Positions 29,398 to 39,879 of a stretch of 64,000 bases of DNA are shown piece after piece. The notes beneath the pieces were generated by a model that saw only the letters and a program-made list of their open reading frames with translations, was not told the DNA's origin and did not search any database. The DNA is taken from sequence record OR529409.1. One strand, written 5' to 3'. Position 1 is the stretch's first letter; every line of letters begins with the position of its first letter. Made by a program: the position numbers and the translations under genes.

Positions 29398-32300
29398 ATG
29401 AACTATCCTAATATTCCCGAATACCGTTTGGATATCACGGGGAAGAACCCAGAAAACTTGATTCCTTTCGAGCATCTTCAAAGGGAAGATAATGATCGAA
29501 AAATGATCGTCGTCCCACGTCACGCTCCCTTCTTTATCGACAGCGTGATTTTGAGCTTCCCTGATGGCACCCCAATGGTTTACGGAACCCATTATGAATT
29601 CTTCAACATCATGGGTGAGCTTTCCAGAAGAACCGGTAAAGCGGTCGGTTGTTTTATTCGCATTTTGGATAAAACCATAACTCGGTTTAACGCCCGCTAT
29701 CAAACAGTAGGTTCGGTATCTCTCTTTGATAAGAGTTTCCTGGATCTCTATAATACCGTCATAGACGATGAGCGAGCTGTTTGGTTCGACGATATCGCCA
29801 ACAAGCCTATATTGTTTGATCCAGAGCAGCATGGTCATGACGTCAGGTACGGCGTATACGCATTTAAAGACCTCGCAGATGCTTTCGAGCAGATGGTCGC
29901 TAACACCGTAGGTGGGGAAGGCTATCACGCCCCGTACGAAGAATTCTTTGTTCAGCGTATCAACAACGCTATCAGTTACCTTTCACAAGTACAGAGTCGT
30001 TGCATCGCACTCATTAACGAACACGCCAGTAACAAGATCAACGTGCATGGGATCGATAATGTTAAAGTGGGATTGGGTAACGTTGATAACATCGGGACTT
30101 ATACTTCCGATAATTGGGGAGATCCTATCGATGATAAACATCGTATAACCCCAGGGTATCTGAAAAAGTTAGCTGAAAACACCACTGTGGATCTCAGTAA
30201 CTTGGTCCAACCCGGCGTTCTCCCAATTGCACGCTACGGTGAAAACTTTTACATCCCTCCGGTCATAGATGGATCTTTTAAAGGCGTCGGGACCAGACAA
30301 CCTTGGCGAGTCGCCTGTTTAGAAAGAAACGGTTATCTCGTTGGCATAGGTAATTACAAGGATGTCAATACTGACGTGTTGATGTACATGTATAACAAAA
30401 CTCCGTTCGTTTCCCCGACTAATTCCAGCAACTGGATAAACACGCGTTATGAGTATAAACCTACCCGCGTCGTCGAAGATGACGTTAAACTCACTACCGT
30501 CATTAAAGGCGGGGATTACCGCTGGATGATCGTGGGGAATGACCAAACTAACAAGTGGTACGTGGTTAACTGTAATGGGACGTTTAATCCCAACAGTCAT
30601 GTTTTGGTTCCCATCAGTAATACCGAATTCTTTACCAACGTCGCGCACCTTCGCATGTGCGTTTGTGGGAATTACATTTATCTTTTTAATGTGAGTGATA
30701 CACAAAGCGATGGTCGAAAATTTGTGACAATAAGAAAGATCGATATCAGCAACTTCGATATCAACTTAGAAAGCGTTCAGCTAACTACACCTTCGCTGAT
30801 TTACACTGATTCTTCTAACGTCAGTAAATCTTCCCTCACTGGTACGTTTGACCCGATCTCCTTTACAAAAAATTCGGGCGGAAAGGTCAGTAGAGTATTG
30901 GGTAATTTTAACCCTGTTCTTGACGGCGTGGGGATAGAGCGCGACATCCACATTGAGATGATCGCCGATCCTAGTAATCCGACCGTGTCTTATATGCGGT
31001 GGTGGGCGCCAGCGGTACATGTATTGGGGACGTTGACTGTGACATTGACTTACTCACCAGCTTGGAAACTACAGGAGAGTAACGGCGTCACTACAATGAC
31101 TTGGGCGAGGGGAAATAGTACTTCGACATTCAATATTAGTGCCTGGAACTCTAATTACGCGCCTTGGGCCGGTGGGCAGAACACGGGGAACTCCGATTTT
31201 GTTTCACAGGTCGTTTCTTGGCATCATCAAACTGCGATGGGGAATGGGTTCACGGGCGGGTCTTCGATCCTTTCTAATAACGCGAGATTTTCTTGCGCGT
31301 CGTCACACTGGAACTTCTTCCCACTCCAGACCGCGACAAGCATGTCTGATTTCTTCACCACCTCGGACCCTACTACGTTTGTTGGTGCTAATCCGGCTAT
31401 CACTAATCTTGATCCGAATGCCGCCGGGGAATATAACTTAAGAACGTTAAGCTGTGGGATTTCCAACACCACGGTTTATGGTTCGGCCCCAGCGTCAAGT
31501 TGTCACAGCACCCTTCCTTTTACAGAGAGTGGGGGGGGGGTGATTCATTATGAGATTACTAAGTCAGAAGTCAACGACGATGAATTTGTTCATACCGCCA
31601 AACTAAGAACAGGCGAGCGAACAATCGCTTCAGTCTATGATAACAGTGTTTATAACCACATGCCGTACACCAACGACATTTATAAAACCAATATCCATCC
31701 CCGTGGTGTGAGGATCTCTTATGTCGATGAACTGACGACCACCAACAAAGGCGAGACTCTTTTTGGCGTCACCGGAGGGACTGTCTTTACATTGGGTACG
31801 AATAAACAAGACGGCATGTTAACTTATTCGTATACCACGGTAAGGGACACGGCGACCAGAACCCTGTCATTTAATCCAACACTATATGTGCGAATAACTG
31901 ACGCCCTGGTCAAATCTCTGGTAACAGCCAACTTCCCAGATGCAGTGGCGTATTACCAGAAAGCGTGGACTTTAGTTTGGTGCCCAGGAAAGGGAAGTGT
32001 CATTCAACCTATGCTGTTCGTAGAATGGATGGGAGTTAATGGGGATAACAGGGCGTATGTTGGAGTGATGACGTTAAACATCGTTAAAAATCCAACCCTG
32101 GCGGCCAATCAGACCGAGACGGTGAACGGCGTTAAAACTTGTGTGATGAATGTTGGAGATATTACCGTCGCCAATAAGTACACTGTTAACAACGGAACCT
32201 ATTTAGGTGATCGCTCCTGGTTTGATACTGTTGGGAATCATTACGTCAATACGGGTTATATGACCGTTTACCGTAATGCTTCAGGGGAAGTCTCCTTTTA

Positions 32301-33012
32301 CTGGGGATCGACCAACTCTAAAAACTTTGCCGGGCCGACGGTTTATGGTGTGGCTAAAGCAGCATATCTCTCAGGTAAAATGTCGGGGCCGACAGTTATT
32401 TCTGCCATTAATAACTACCCTGGCGGAAGAGATATGTTGGGATCCGTAGTCTACGCGTTAAAAGGGGTCGGTCTATTGCTGATTTCTGATACGATGGCTA
32501 CCGATATCTTTGTGGGCGGTGGTATAACACCGGCTAAGCTGGCAGGTAACACCTACCAGTCGGTTCTGGACGGTTTTGCCAACCCGGCGCTGTTAGGATC
32601 GTTCTACATCATCGCTGACATCATTCCGGTCAATCAATGGACGTTGTTCTTCTCAGCGAGCAAGATCGTTTTGAAAGGAACCTATTTCGAACTGCCCGTG
32701 GGTACTCTGACATTAACAGATTACTTCACCAATGTTCAAAATAAAACGTTCTATCTGTTTTTAAAACTCACTGAAGGTAGCCCGGTATATGAGTTGTCAT
32801 CAACTATGTTGTCGGAAACCTCGACGTGTATGTTGATAGCGACGGTTACTACCGATAACTTCAGCATTGTTTCTGTAGATACACAAAAGGTCTTTTCAAT
32901 GACCGGCTATCGCGTGTCGTCTCAAGCTATCGGTTCGATCATACCTGGGTCGACCGGGGGGATCAACGAATTGGGCGAGACACCGTGGCTGTCGTCTACC
33001 TTGGTTGATTAA
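29398..33012 (+). CDS. Tail fibre/baseplate paralog 1 (phiKZ gp131-like family)
   Basis: ATG at 29398 after GAGGTG; shared N-domain, GLGNVDN linker, PPVIDGSFKG motif and C-terminal LPVGTL...NKTFYL...SSQAIGSIIP domain. Confidence 0.8.
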   Translation: MNYPNIPEYRLDITGKNPENLIPFEHLQREDNDRKMIVVPRHAPFFIDSVILSFPDGTPMVYGTHYEFFNIMGELSRRTGKAVGCFIRILDKTITRFNARYQTVGSVSLFDKSFLDLYNTVIDDERAVWFDDIANKPILFDPEQHGHDVRYGVYAFKDLADAFEQMVANTVGGEGYHAPYEEFFVQRINNAISYLSQVQSRCIALINEHASNKINVHGIDNVKVGLGNVDNIGTYTSDNWGDPIDDKHRITPGYLKKLAENTTVDLSNLVQPGVLPIARYGENFYIPPVIDGSFKGVGTRQPWRVACLERNGYLVGIGNYKDVNTDVLMYMYNKTPFVSPTNSSNWINTRYEYKPTRVVEDDVKLTTVIKGGDYRWMIVGNDQTNKWYVVNCNGTFNPNSHVLVPISNTEFFTNVAHLRMCVCGNYIYLFNVSDTQSDGRKFVTIRKIDISNFDINLESVQLTTPSLIYTDSSNVSKSSLTGTFDPISFTKNSGGKVSRVLGNFNPVLDGVGIERDIHIEMIADPSNPTVSYMRWWAPAVHVLGTLTVTLTYSPAWKLQESNGVTTMTWARGNSTSTFNISAWNSNYAPWAGGQNTGNSDFVSQVVSWHHQTAMGNGFTGGSSILSNNARFSCASSHWNFFPLQTATSMSDFFTTSDPTTFVGANPAITNLDPNAAGEYNLRTLSCGISNTTVYGSAPASSCHSTLPFTESGGGVIHYEITKSEVNDDEFVHTAKLRTGERTIASVYDNSVYNHMPYTNDIYKTNIHPRGVRISYVDELTTTNKGETLFGVTGGTVFTLGTNKQDGMLTYSYTTVRDTATRTLSFNPTLYVRITDALVKSLVTANFPDAVAYYQKAWTLVWCPGKGSVIQPMLFVEWMGVNGDNRAYVGVMTLNIVKNPTLAANQTETVNGVKTCVMNVGDITVANKYTVNNGTYLGDRSWFDTVGNHYVNTGYMTVYRNASGEVSFYWGSTNSKNFAGPTVYGVAKAAYLSGKMSGPTVISAINNYPGGRDMLGSVVYALKGVGLLLISDTMATDIFVGGGITPAKLAGNTYQSVLDGFANPALLGSFYIIADIIPVNQWTLFFSASKIVLKGTYFELPVGTLTLTDYFTNVQNKTFYLFLKLTEGSPVYELSSTMLSETSTCMLIATVTTDNFSIVSVDTQKVFSMTGYRVSSQAIGSIIPGSTGGINELGETPWLSSTLVD
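31531..31540 (+). repeat. G10 homopolymer inside the fibre gene
   Basis: AGT GGGGGGGGGG TGATTC, read directly. Confidence 0.95.
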
Positions 33013-33018
33013 CCCTTT

Positions 33019-33041
33019 AAAAGGAGGGGCCCCCTCCTTTT
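33019..33041 (+). terminator. Hairpin between fibre paralogs
   Basis: AAAAGGAGGGG-C-CCCCTCCTTTT plus T-tract; supports ATG 33059 as the next start. Confidence 0.7.
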
Positions 33042-33058
33042 ATTTTTATAGGTGTAAT

Positions 33059-36000
33059 ATGTCTGACTTTAAAATCCTATCTTTCGATCCCAGAGGGGAT
33101 AAAACAGATAATCTGTTAACCGAGCAGGTGACGTTGGATAACACCACCCTCGATTACATTAAACCGGATTACAGCCCATTTTATTCTAGCACCGTGGTTA
33201 TCACTGATAAAGACGGTCAAGTGAGGAATGAAGGGACGGATTATGTTCTGGAAGGGTTGGTGATCCCACTGGTAAAAACTTCCGGTAAGGATGTAAAGGC
33301 TTACATCAGAATCGTCAATACAGAACTCTATGCTAAGTCTCCACTAAGCATTCAGTATCACTCTTGCGGGATTAACCACTTTCCGAGAGATATGGTTAAG
33401 AACACCCCAACTGGGTCAGAAGGCAACAGCCTCCCTATCGATTGGAATACACAAGTTTTAGGCAAACCTGATTCTTACCCTTTTAAACCTCATATTCATA
33501 ACGTCGAAACTGAAATAGCGGCGTGGACTGATCTGGCCGATGAAATAGAAGAAATTTATCAGTACAGAAAAAATCACATCCTCAGCAAATACCAAGAGTT
33601 AAAAGGTCTGAGCGATGCGGTTTGGACTGCGACCGATCTTACTGCCAAGCAGCTCCGCGATAATGTGATGAATCACGATCGTGATCTTGATAACCCTCAT
33701 GACGTTGATGCGGCTGACGTTTTACTTGGTAACGTAGATAACTTTGCTACAGCAACCGCCAATGACGAACTCCTGGGTTCGGCTGATAAGTTCTCTACCC
33801 CCCTGGGCGCACAGTCTATACTTAATAATTCATTACAAAGTACGGACAGTTATCATCACATTGGTCGTCTTCCCCTTTCTTATTACGGAACTGATTTTTA
33901 CATCCCCCCTCCGATAGAGGGAGACTTTAAAGGGATGTGGACGAACTGTGAAACGGCCGGATTCTGTTTGGAAGATAACGGAACGTTAATGATGCTCGCC
34001 AATGCGTCTGACGGAAAGCACAACGGTCTGTTTTACACCACCATTGAAAATTGGGACAGCCCTAATCCAAAAGTCAGGTATACTGGTTATCCTTACCAAT
34101 GGGGGAGTTTGGATTACCGTAAGCTCAACGCCATTGTTGAAGGCTCCGGTAAAGACGTGATGATCGTAGGGAACCGGGCATCTCAGGATTGGTATATTAC
34201 CCTGACCAAAGGTACTTTCGATCCAGCGAAACACAATCTTCACAAGATCACTTTCGATACCACCCCTCCTGGGATGTGGGATAACTACGTCGTTAACGAA
34301 AGATTCCCTTGGTTCGATATCAGTAAAGTTTTTGTAGCCGGGGGGTACGTCTGGCTGATGTATCTTAATCATCAGAATTTTAGCAATGAGCTGAGAATAG
34401 CAAAAGATCTTTACTTCTACCGCATTCCGTTGTCGGCCTTTGATGCCGACGGACCTCTGGTATTCCAAGCCATTACCTTGACGAGCGCGCAGAACGTTTT
34501 CGGTACGACGTTTACTAATGTTAAGCCGCTTCGTATCAGCGATCCCGTCAAGAAAAGCTCAGGGTGGTATAACAACAGTTGGTGTCGAACTTCCCTGGAT
34601 CTCGTCGCGTCTTATCAGTGGATAAAATCGGTAATTATTCCTACTGATTACGATTCGACGTCTAATAAGAAACTGATCTATTTAGAAACCAGGATGCATA
34701 ACTACTATTATAATGGTTCGGTGTATAATTTCTATGATCCGGCTCTTCAATTCATTTATATCTTTGATCCGGATAACAATACCTTCTTACTACACCCAGA
34801 TAGCGGAAGGAACTACCTCATTGACGTGGTAACTACTTCCAATAACCCACAGAGGGTAGGGGGAAGGATGGCTAATGGTGATAATTGGGTTAACATCGGC
34901 AGGAACCAAAGGCCGTCTATAACCCACCTCAATGGTTATATCCTAAAATCGGAAATAAATCAGGTCTACACCACCTTTAAATTAAAAACTGATTTACTCA
35001 GTTGGTTTAAAGACCCCTATTCGGGAGCAACGGGCGGAACCAACGCACTAACAGCCATTAAAAAGTCTTATCCAATGGTAGAACCTCCTGGGGCGGTTCA
35101 ATCAAGCTATTTCGATGGAGCCGAAATATATGGGGTTTATGGACCCCACCCATCCAGCGCCTTCAACGTCGCGACCAAAATGGGGCTGTATCTCAGAACC
35201 GGATTGGGTGACTACGCCGACCATCCTGAGATGAGATGGGACAATACTAATCTCATGATACGTCTTCCCAGCAACCAGGATTTCAAAATTGCGGGTGGTG
35301 GGAACTACGCGAGATGTAGCGTAACCGGTGACGCGGCTGCTTTAACTGCTGCCGGCACCACAATAGGGTGGACCGGATTTAGTGTTTATGAAGACAGGGG
35401 TGTTTTCGATAAATTCACCAACTGGCCCGCTCAGCCCAGTAATCAGGTTGCTTTACCCGGGAATATCACCTGGGATACCAGCGTTCCTGGGGTCGCGACA
35501 GCCCAGGTGAATTCTACAGTGAATTACCCAACCACCATTATCAACCAGATTAAGGCGGTGTTGACTAATGGTATCGGAGCGACGAAATATTCGTCATTCA
35601 CACTCTACGACTTTACCTATTCCCCATTTGCGGACGTCTATTCGGTAGCTACACTTTTCTATACGAAGCCCGGATCCGCTGGATTGTGGACAAGGTTTAT
35701 TTTGTTTAAACCTACGGTAACAACGTCCGGTACCGTAAAAACTGTGACGGCTTATTCTGTTCTGTACAACTCCGGGGAAGTGGTTAACGATGGCCCGAGG
35801 TTCTTCGCGAACATTGACATGAGTTATTTTAGGGGAAGTAATACTTATCCCATAGTAGAAGTCTATGTCAATCGAACCACCGGGATCCATTATTACAACA
35901 TTTATCCGGGTGTTTGCTTCTATCCGTCAGGAAACACGACAGCGTACGCGGTCGCTTATATCGTACAGCCCCGTATACAGTTGCAGAGAGCGACCTCTAA

Positions 36001-36571
36001 CAATGTTATTACTGTTACCGAAAACACAACAAGACCTACTTGGTATAACGATGAATATTACGTCACCGTTGTTCCTAAAGTGGGGAGGGTTACCGTTTAC
36101 GGCATTGACGTGTTAACTGAGATGGCGAATACTGGATCGATTACAACAGTAAACGGGACGCGATATGTGACCGCTCACACTTATCCGGCGGATAACTGGT
36201 ATGTGTATTTTACCAATGCGATCAGCGTAACGATAGAAGGCGGTAGTTATCTCATGCCGACGGGCAGTATATCACTTTACGACATTGTAAGTAATCCTGT
36301 TGATAAGACGTTCTACGTTTATATCAGGTTGAACGGAACCAAAGCAGAATATTTCGTTACTACCAAAAAGCTTTACGTTTCTAGCAAAATGTTGTTTGTT
36401 GCAACGATAACGACGAACGATAAAGGGATCAGTAACATCGATCTTCTCCAACCGATGATGGTGGGAGATTTGGTACTCTCTAACGTTCGTCGCGGTCAAG
36501 CAATTCCTGTTGTGGACGGGTCGCTGGGTCAAGAAGCAACTGTGGTATGGAAACGCAGCCAAGATAATTAA
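33059..36571 (+). CDS. Tail fibre/baseplate paralog 2 (gp131-like family)
   Basis: Same N-domain, LGNVDNF linker, PPPIEGDFKG motif and conserved C-domain as paralog 1. Confidence 0.8.
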   Translation: MSDFKILSFDPRGDKTDNLLTEQVTLDNTTLDYIKPDYSPFYSSTVVITDKDGQVRNEGTDYVLEGLVIPLVKTSGKDVKAYIRIVNTELYAKSPLSIQYHSCGINHFPRDMVKNTPTGSEGNSLPIDWNTQVLGKPDSYPFKPHIHNVETEIAAWTDLADEIEEIYQYRKNHILSKYQELKGLSDAVWTATDLTAKQLRDNVMNHDRDLDNPHDVDAADVLLGNVDNFATATANDELLGSADKFSTPLGAQSILNNSLQSTDSYHHIGRLPLSYYGTDFYIPPPIEGDFKGMWTNCETAGFCLEDNGTLMMLANASDGKHNGLFYTTIENWDSPNPKVRYTGYPYQWGSLDYRKLNAIVEGSGKDVMIVGNRASQDWYITLTKGTFDPAKHNLHKITFDTTPPGMWDNYVVNERFPWFDISKVFVAGGYVWLMYLNHQNFSNELRIAKDLYFYRIPLSAFDADGPLVFQAITLTSAQNVFGTTFTNVKPLRISDPVKKSSGWYNNSWCRTSLDLVASYQWIKSVIIPTDYDSTSNKKLIYLETRMHNYYYNGSVYNFYDPALQFIYIFDPDNNTFLLHPDSGRNYLIDVVTTSNNPQRVGGRMANGDNWVNIGRNQRPSITHLNGYILKSEINQVYTTFKLKTDLLSWFKDPYSGATGGTNALTAIKKSYPMVEPPGAVQSSYFDGAEIYGVYGPHPSSAFNVATKMGLYLRTGLGDYADHPEMRWDNTNLMIRLPSNQDFKIAGGGNYARCSVTGDAAALTAAGTTIGWTGFSVYEDRGVFDKFTNWPAQPSNQVALPGNITWDTSVPGVATAQVNSTVNYPTTIINQIKAVLTNGIGATKYSSFTLYDFTYSPFADVYSVATLFYTKPGSAGLWTRFILFKPTVTTSGTVKTVTAYSVLYNSGEVVNDGPRFFANIDMSYFRGSNTYPIVEVYVNRTTGIHYYNIYPGVCFYPSGNTTAYAVAYIVQPRIQLQRATSNNVITVTENTTRPTWYNDEYYVTVVPKVGRVTVYGIDVLTEMANTGSITTVNGTRYVTAHTYPADNWYVYFTNAISVTIEGGSYLMPTGSISLYDIVSNPVDKTFYVYIRLNGTKAEYFVTTKKLYVSSKMLFVATITTNDKGISNIDLLQPMMVGDLVLSNVRRGQAIPVVDGSLGQEATVVWKRSQDN

Positions 36572-36616
36572 TCGTTTTCACACGGGGGAGTAACCCTCCC
36601 CCTAAGAGGTCAGATA

Positions 36617-39600
36617 ATGATCATTTTAGATGAAACCATTCCTCCTAATGGTCAAGAGGATGAGCGCTTCGGTCTTTTACTTTACGCGTTAACTGACTAC
36701 GGGATTAAAAGGGAGTTACAGCACGTCGCCAGTGTGGCTGTGTTGACCGATAAAGTTGCCGAAGCGAATGCTAAGATGACATCGGTCAGCTCAGCGGTAA
36801 ACGATGCTCTTGACGCCCACATTGCGACAAAAGGACCTATCCATGGGGAGACCAAGGAAACGATAGGTCTGGGTCTTGTTGACAATTTACGGACAGCTAC
36901 GTTAGAAGAACATGTTGACGGTAGCGACGATCTGTTCTGTACTCCAGCCGGGGTAAAATACGCGGCACAGTTTTTGGTTGAACCGGACTATACCGGATTC
37001 ATCCCGCAGACCGTACTCCCTATTGCTTATTTCAAAAGACTGACTGGGGATCTGAGTATTAACTCAACCTCGTTTAGTCCATGGACTCAGAGTAACAAGA
37101 AAGGTAACCTGTACATCACAGACGGCGCTTATTACGTCAGCCTGTTAAGTAAGAATGGCGGTGGAGTCAACTACCTGAGTGATCTTTTAACATCAAGGGA
37201 TTTGATGTACTTCACACCTAGTGGTGGGACGACGGTACCTAAACTGGCATACGGCTGGAACGCTAAGACGGGATGCCAAATCCTGAGTGATGGTTCGAAA
37301 CAGTTTACCTTTTTCGATTACACTCATAATGGCACTGGTGGGGAGTTCGCTCTTAATTTTTCGGGGTCTGTGACAGGCGACTATCTGTCGACCTTATTCG
37401 ATCCTTTACTCGACACGTCTTCTTTAATAGGCGGACTACGCTTAACTCAGGCTGGATTAAATGTCACTTTGACGAAAGTATCCCAGCCAGATGAGTCGGT
37501 CGCAGCTCTACTGGTGGACAACACTACCGGTTTCAGTTTTAACGCCACAGGACCGAAGGGAACGGTTAGAACAGGGACGATCAATAACCTCATTCCTTTA
37601 GCCGACTTCATCACGGTAACGGACGCTACGGCGGTTACAATTGACCCGACCTACACAGCCATTGACCAAACCCATGGTTATGGGAATATGGAATGGGAGG
37701 TTAAGGGGAAATCCGCGATCCTTTACACCGATGCCATCCTGAGGACAACATTCCAGGGAGTCGTTAAGAAGATCGTCGCCAGAATAGCGTTAAGGTTGAC
37801 GATAAGTGGGTCCACTTACACGATCACTCCCTTGTCTCAAGTGAGTATGGCGACGATAACTGCTGGCGCTATTGCTGTATCTGGGAACATCCTTTTTGAA
37901 GAAGAAATTGATAGCGCTTTACACCCCGTTTACGGAAAAGGTCCGTTCTTAAGCGAGGGTGGACACGCCACATCAATGGCTTCTAACCAAAGCTTCTTCT
38001 TAAGGGCGTTTACGCACAACCTGACTAACCTCGTGGACTTGGCTAAAAACTACCATGAAACCCTTTCTCTCTCCGGAGAGTACACAAAGGAATATCCGGG
38101 TAGTTTTGCTGCACCGATAGGGGTGAACATTAAACGCTTCATACCGTTTAATAGCACTGCTTCGGGGTTAAAGGTTTTGACCTATCCGATGGCCAATACC
38201 TCAGAAGATTACTACGGAGTATTAAGTTGGGATAGCCCTCAGATTCTCCAATCGTCTAAAAACAAACCGCTTTATTATCGGTTCAAGCAGGCGAGCTCTT
38301 TAACCAACTTTACATTAAGCTCTACCATACCGTCCAGATTGATTGTTAACTCTGGTGCAGATGGCAGCGTTACCGTGAGGGGGTTGAGTTTCTTACGCAG
38401 TGACTATACTCCCGGTACGGGTAAACTGGTCATTACGGAGAATGAGGTTAAAGCGTCGGAAACGTGGGCGTTGGATGCAGATTCCATAACCACGATGGAA
38501 TCTATCTTGTCAACCTTCTCCACCAGAAGCCACACAGCGTACACTTCTGCCGGCGTGGCGTACGACGCAACCAAACAGTCAATGAGTTGGTCTGTTGGGA
38601 TTTTGACGACCTCTGACGATATTACCGCAGTAACAAGATGTGTTGTGTTATTATCGGATGGTTGCGGGTATCTGGGGTGTCAAATCGTTCCCACAACGCC
38701 TAATAGCGGAACAAGAACGTTTACCATCAACAGAGCGTCATTGGGTACGCTGGCATCCATGACTTTTGGGATGGCTGCTGTTCCTGATTTTAGTGCGGCC
38801 GAATATCTGACCCCGCCGGCGTACAACGACATAATGGTGTTAACTCGTTCCGATAATTCGTTAGAGATCGCATTTAATAACGCGTTTAAAACGAAGTACG
38901 GGATGGCCTCATTCTTATATTCCGGAACAACGCTGAGACTGGATAAAATAGAAAATCCAAGAGTCAATGTAGGGAATTTCCCCATCGTAGGGAAACGCGG
39001 GTGCTGTCCCATCAGCATTCCTTACTACGGTATTTTCAGGGTGACGGATGACGAAGAGGAGTTTTTCAACGCCAACCTCAATCGTTATCTTAACCAGTAT
39101 GGTGATTTAACGGACGACGTAGTCACTATGGGGAGTTCGGATTATCACCTAATCAGAATTCCTGCCGGGACCAAAGTGTTCTTGGATGGTCGAGAATTCC
39201 AAATGATCTCCGGTTTAGTCGTCTATGCTCAGGTAGGAGTAACGTCGTATATTTATCTTACAGCGGCGGCTGATAACGTGATGGCCGAGGCCAGAACCGT
39301 AAAATCAGAACCTGCTGTTGATGAAATCATTTACGCAGTAATGGATGAAGCAGGGAATCTCGTTATCAACGACACGTACACTGTCATTGATGGGTTCGCG
39401 GTATCCTACACTCGTCAGGGTAGTTCTATCCCGTACACGACGGGTTACCCTATGGATCTTGGCGAAACACTCTTCTTTAAAACAACCTTTGGGGATCCTG
39501 ATCTTGATGTAATCATGAACTCTACCATGCCAGAGTTTGGCGGGATGGAGTACATACCTGACCTTGATGAGGAGATCAACGACATTATTCCTTCTTGGGA

Positions 39601-39832
39601 TAATCTCGAAGATCAAGCCATGGACCTCATGATGAACCAGATTCTCCCAGAGGATATTGGAACATTGGAGGAAAATATCGATGAGTGCATCAACGAAATT
39701 CAACCTGAGTACGTCGAAGACTACAGAGATTCCAACGACATCATTGTTAACCAACTGATGCCGGAAATCGGCATGTCTCGATTTGTATTGACGGATTATA
39801 TCGTTAACCAGATCTTACCTGATTCGGAATAA
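36617..39832 (+). CDS. Tail fibre/baseplate paralog 3 with acidic repeat tail
   Basis: GLGLVDNL linker; family C-domain (IPAGTKVFLDG...SYTRQGSSIP) followed by about 110 extra acidic residues. Confidence 0.8.
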   Translation: MIILDETIPPNGQEDERFGLLLYALTDYGIKRELQHVASVAVLTDKVAEANAKMTSVSSAVNDALDAHIATKGPIHGETKETIGLGLVDNLRTATLEEHVDGSDDLFCTPAGVKYAAQFLVEPDYTGFIPQTVLPIAYFKRLTGDLSINSTSFSPWTQSNKKGNLYITDGAYYVSLLSKNGGGVNYLSDLLTSRDLMYFTPSGGTTVPKLAYGWNAKTGCQILSDGSKQFTFFDYTHNGTGGEFALNFSGSVTGDYLSTLFDPLLDTSSLIGGLRLTQAGLNVTLTKVSQPDESVAALLVDNTTGFSFNATGPKGTVRTGTINNLIPLADFITVTDATAVTIDPTYTAIDQTHGYGNMEWEVKGKSAILYTDAILRTTFQGVVKKIVARIALRLTISGSTYTITPLSQVSMATITAGAIAVSGNILFEEEIDSALHPVYGKGPFLSEGGHATSMASNQSFFLRAFTHNLTNLVDLAKNYHETLSLSGEYTKEYPGSFAAPIGVNIKRFIPFNSTASGLKVLTYPMANTSEDYYGVLSWDSPQILQSSKNKPLYYRFKQASSLTNFTLSSTIPSRLIVNSGADGSVTVRGLSFLRSDYTPGTGKLVITENEVKASETWALDADSITTMESILSTFSTRSHTAYTSAGVAYDATKQSMSWSVGILTTSDDITAVTRCVVLLSDGCGYLGCQIVPTTPNSGTRTFTINRASLGTLASMTFGMAAVPDFSAAEYLTPPAYNDIMVLTRSDNSLEIAFNNAFKTKYGMASFLYSGTTLRLDKIENPRVNVGNFPIVGKRGCCPISIPYYGIFRVTDDEEEFFNANLNRYLNQYGDLTDDVVTMGSSDYHLIRIPAGTKVFLDGREFQMISGLVVYAQVGVTSYIYLTAAADNVMAEARTVKSEPAVDEIIYAVMDEAGNLVINDTYTVIDGFAVSYTRQGSSIPYTTGYPMDLGETLFFKTTFGDPDLDVIMNSTMPEFGGMEYIPDLDEEINDIIPSWDNLEDQAMDLMMNQILPEDIGTLEENIDECINEIQPEYVEDYRDSNDIIVNQLMPEIGMSRFVLTDYIVNQILPDSE
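39506..39823 (+). repeat. Six 19-aa protein repeats, DxxhNxhhP[ED]
   Basis: DVIMNSTMPE, DEEINDIIPS, DLMMNQILPE, DECINEIQPE, DIIVNQLMPE, DYIVNQILPD starting at 39506, 39566, 39623, 39680, 39737, 39794. Confidence 0.85.
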
Positions 39833-39837
39833 CGTTT

Positions 39838-39871
39838 ATAGCGGAGAGGGGCGTGAGCCCCTCTCCGCTAT
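39838..39871. terminator. Bidirectional terminator
   Basis: ATAGCGGAGAGGGGC-GTGA-GCCCCTCTCCGCTAT between convergent genes. Confidence 0.85.
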
Positions 39872-39879
39872 ATTTATTG

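Noticed and set aside
33005-33058. N-terminal extensions in the ORF track (33005, 40827, 58087, 23565, 26214, 59545)
   Set aside because: Upstream starts cross terminators or lack an RBS; downstream ATGs with an RBS were chosen.
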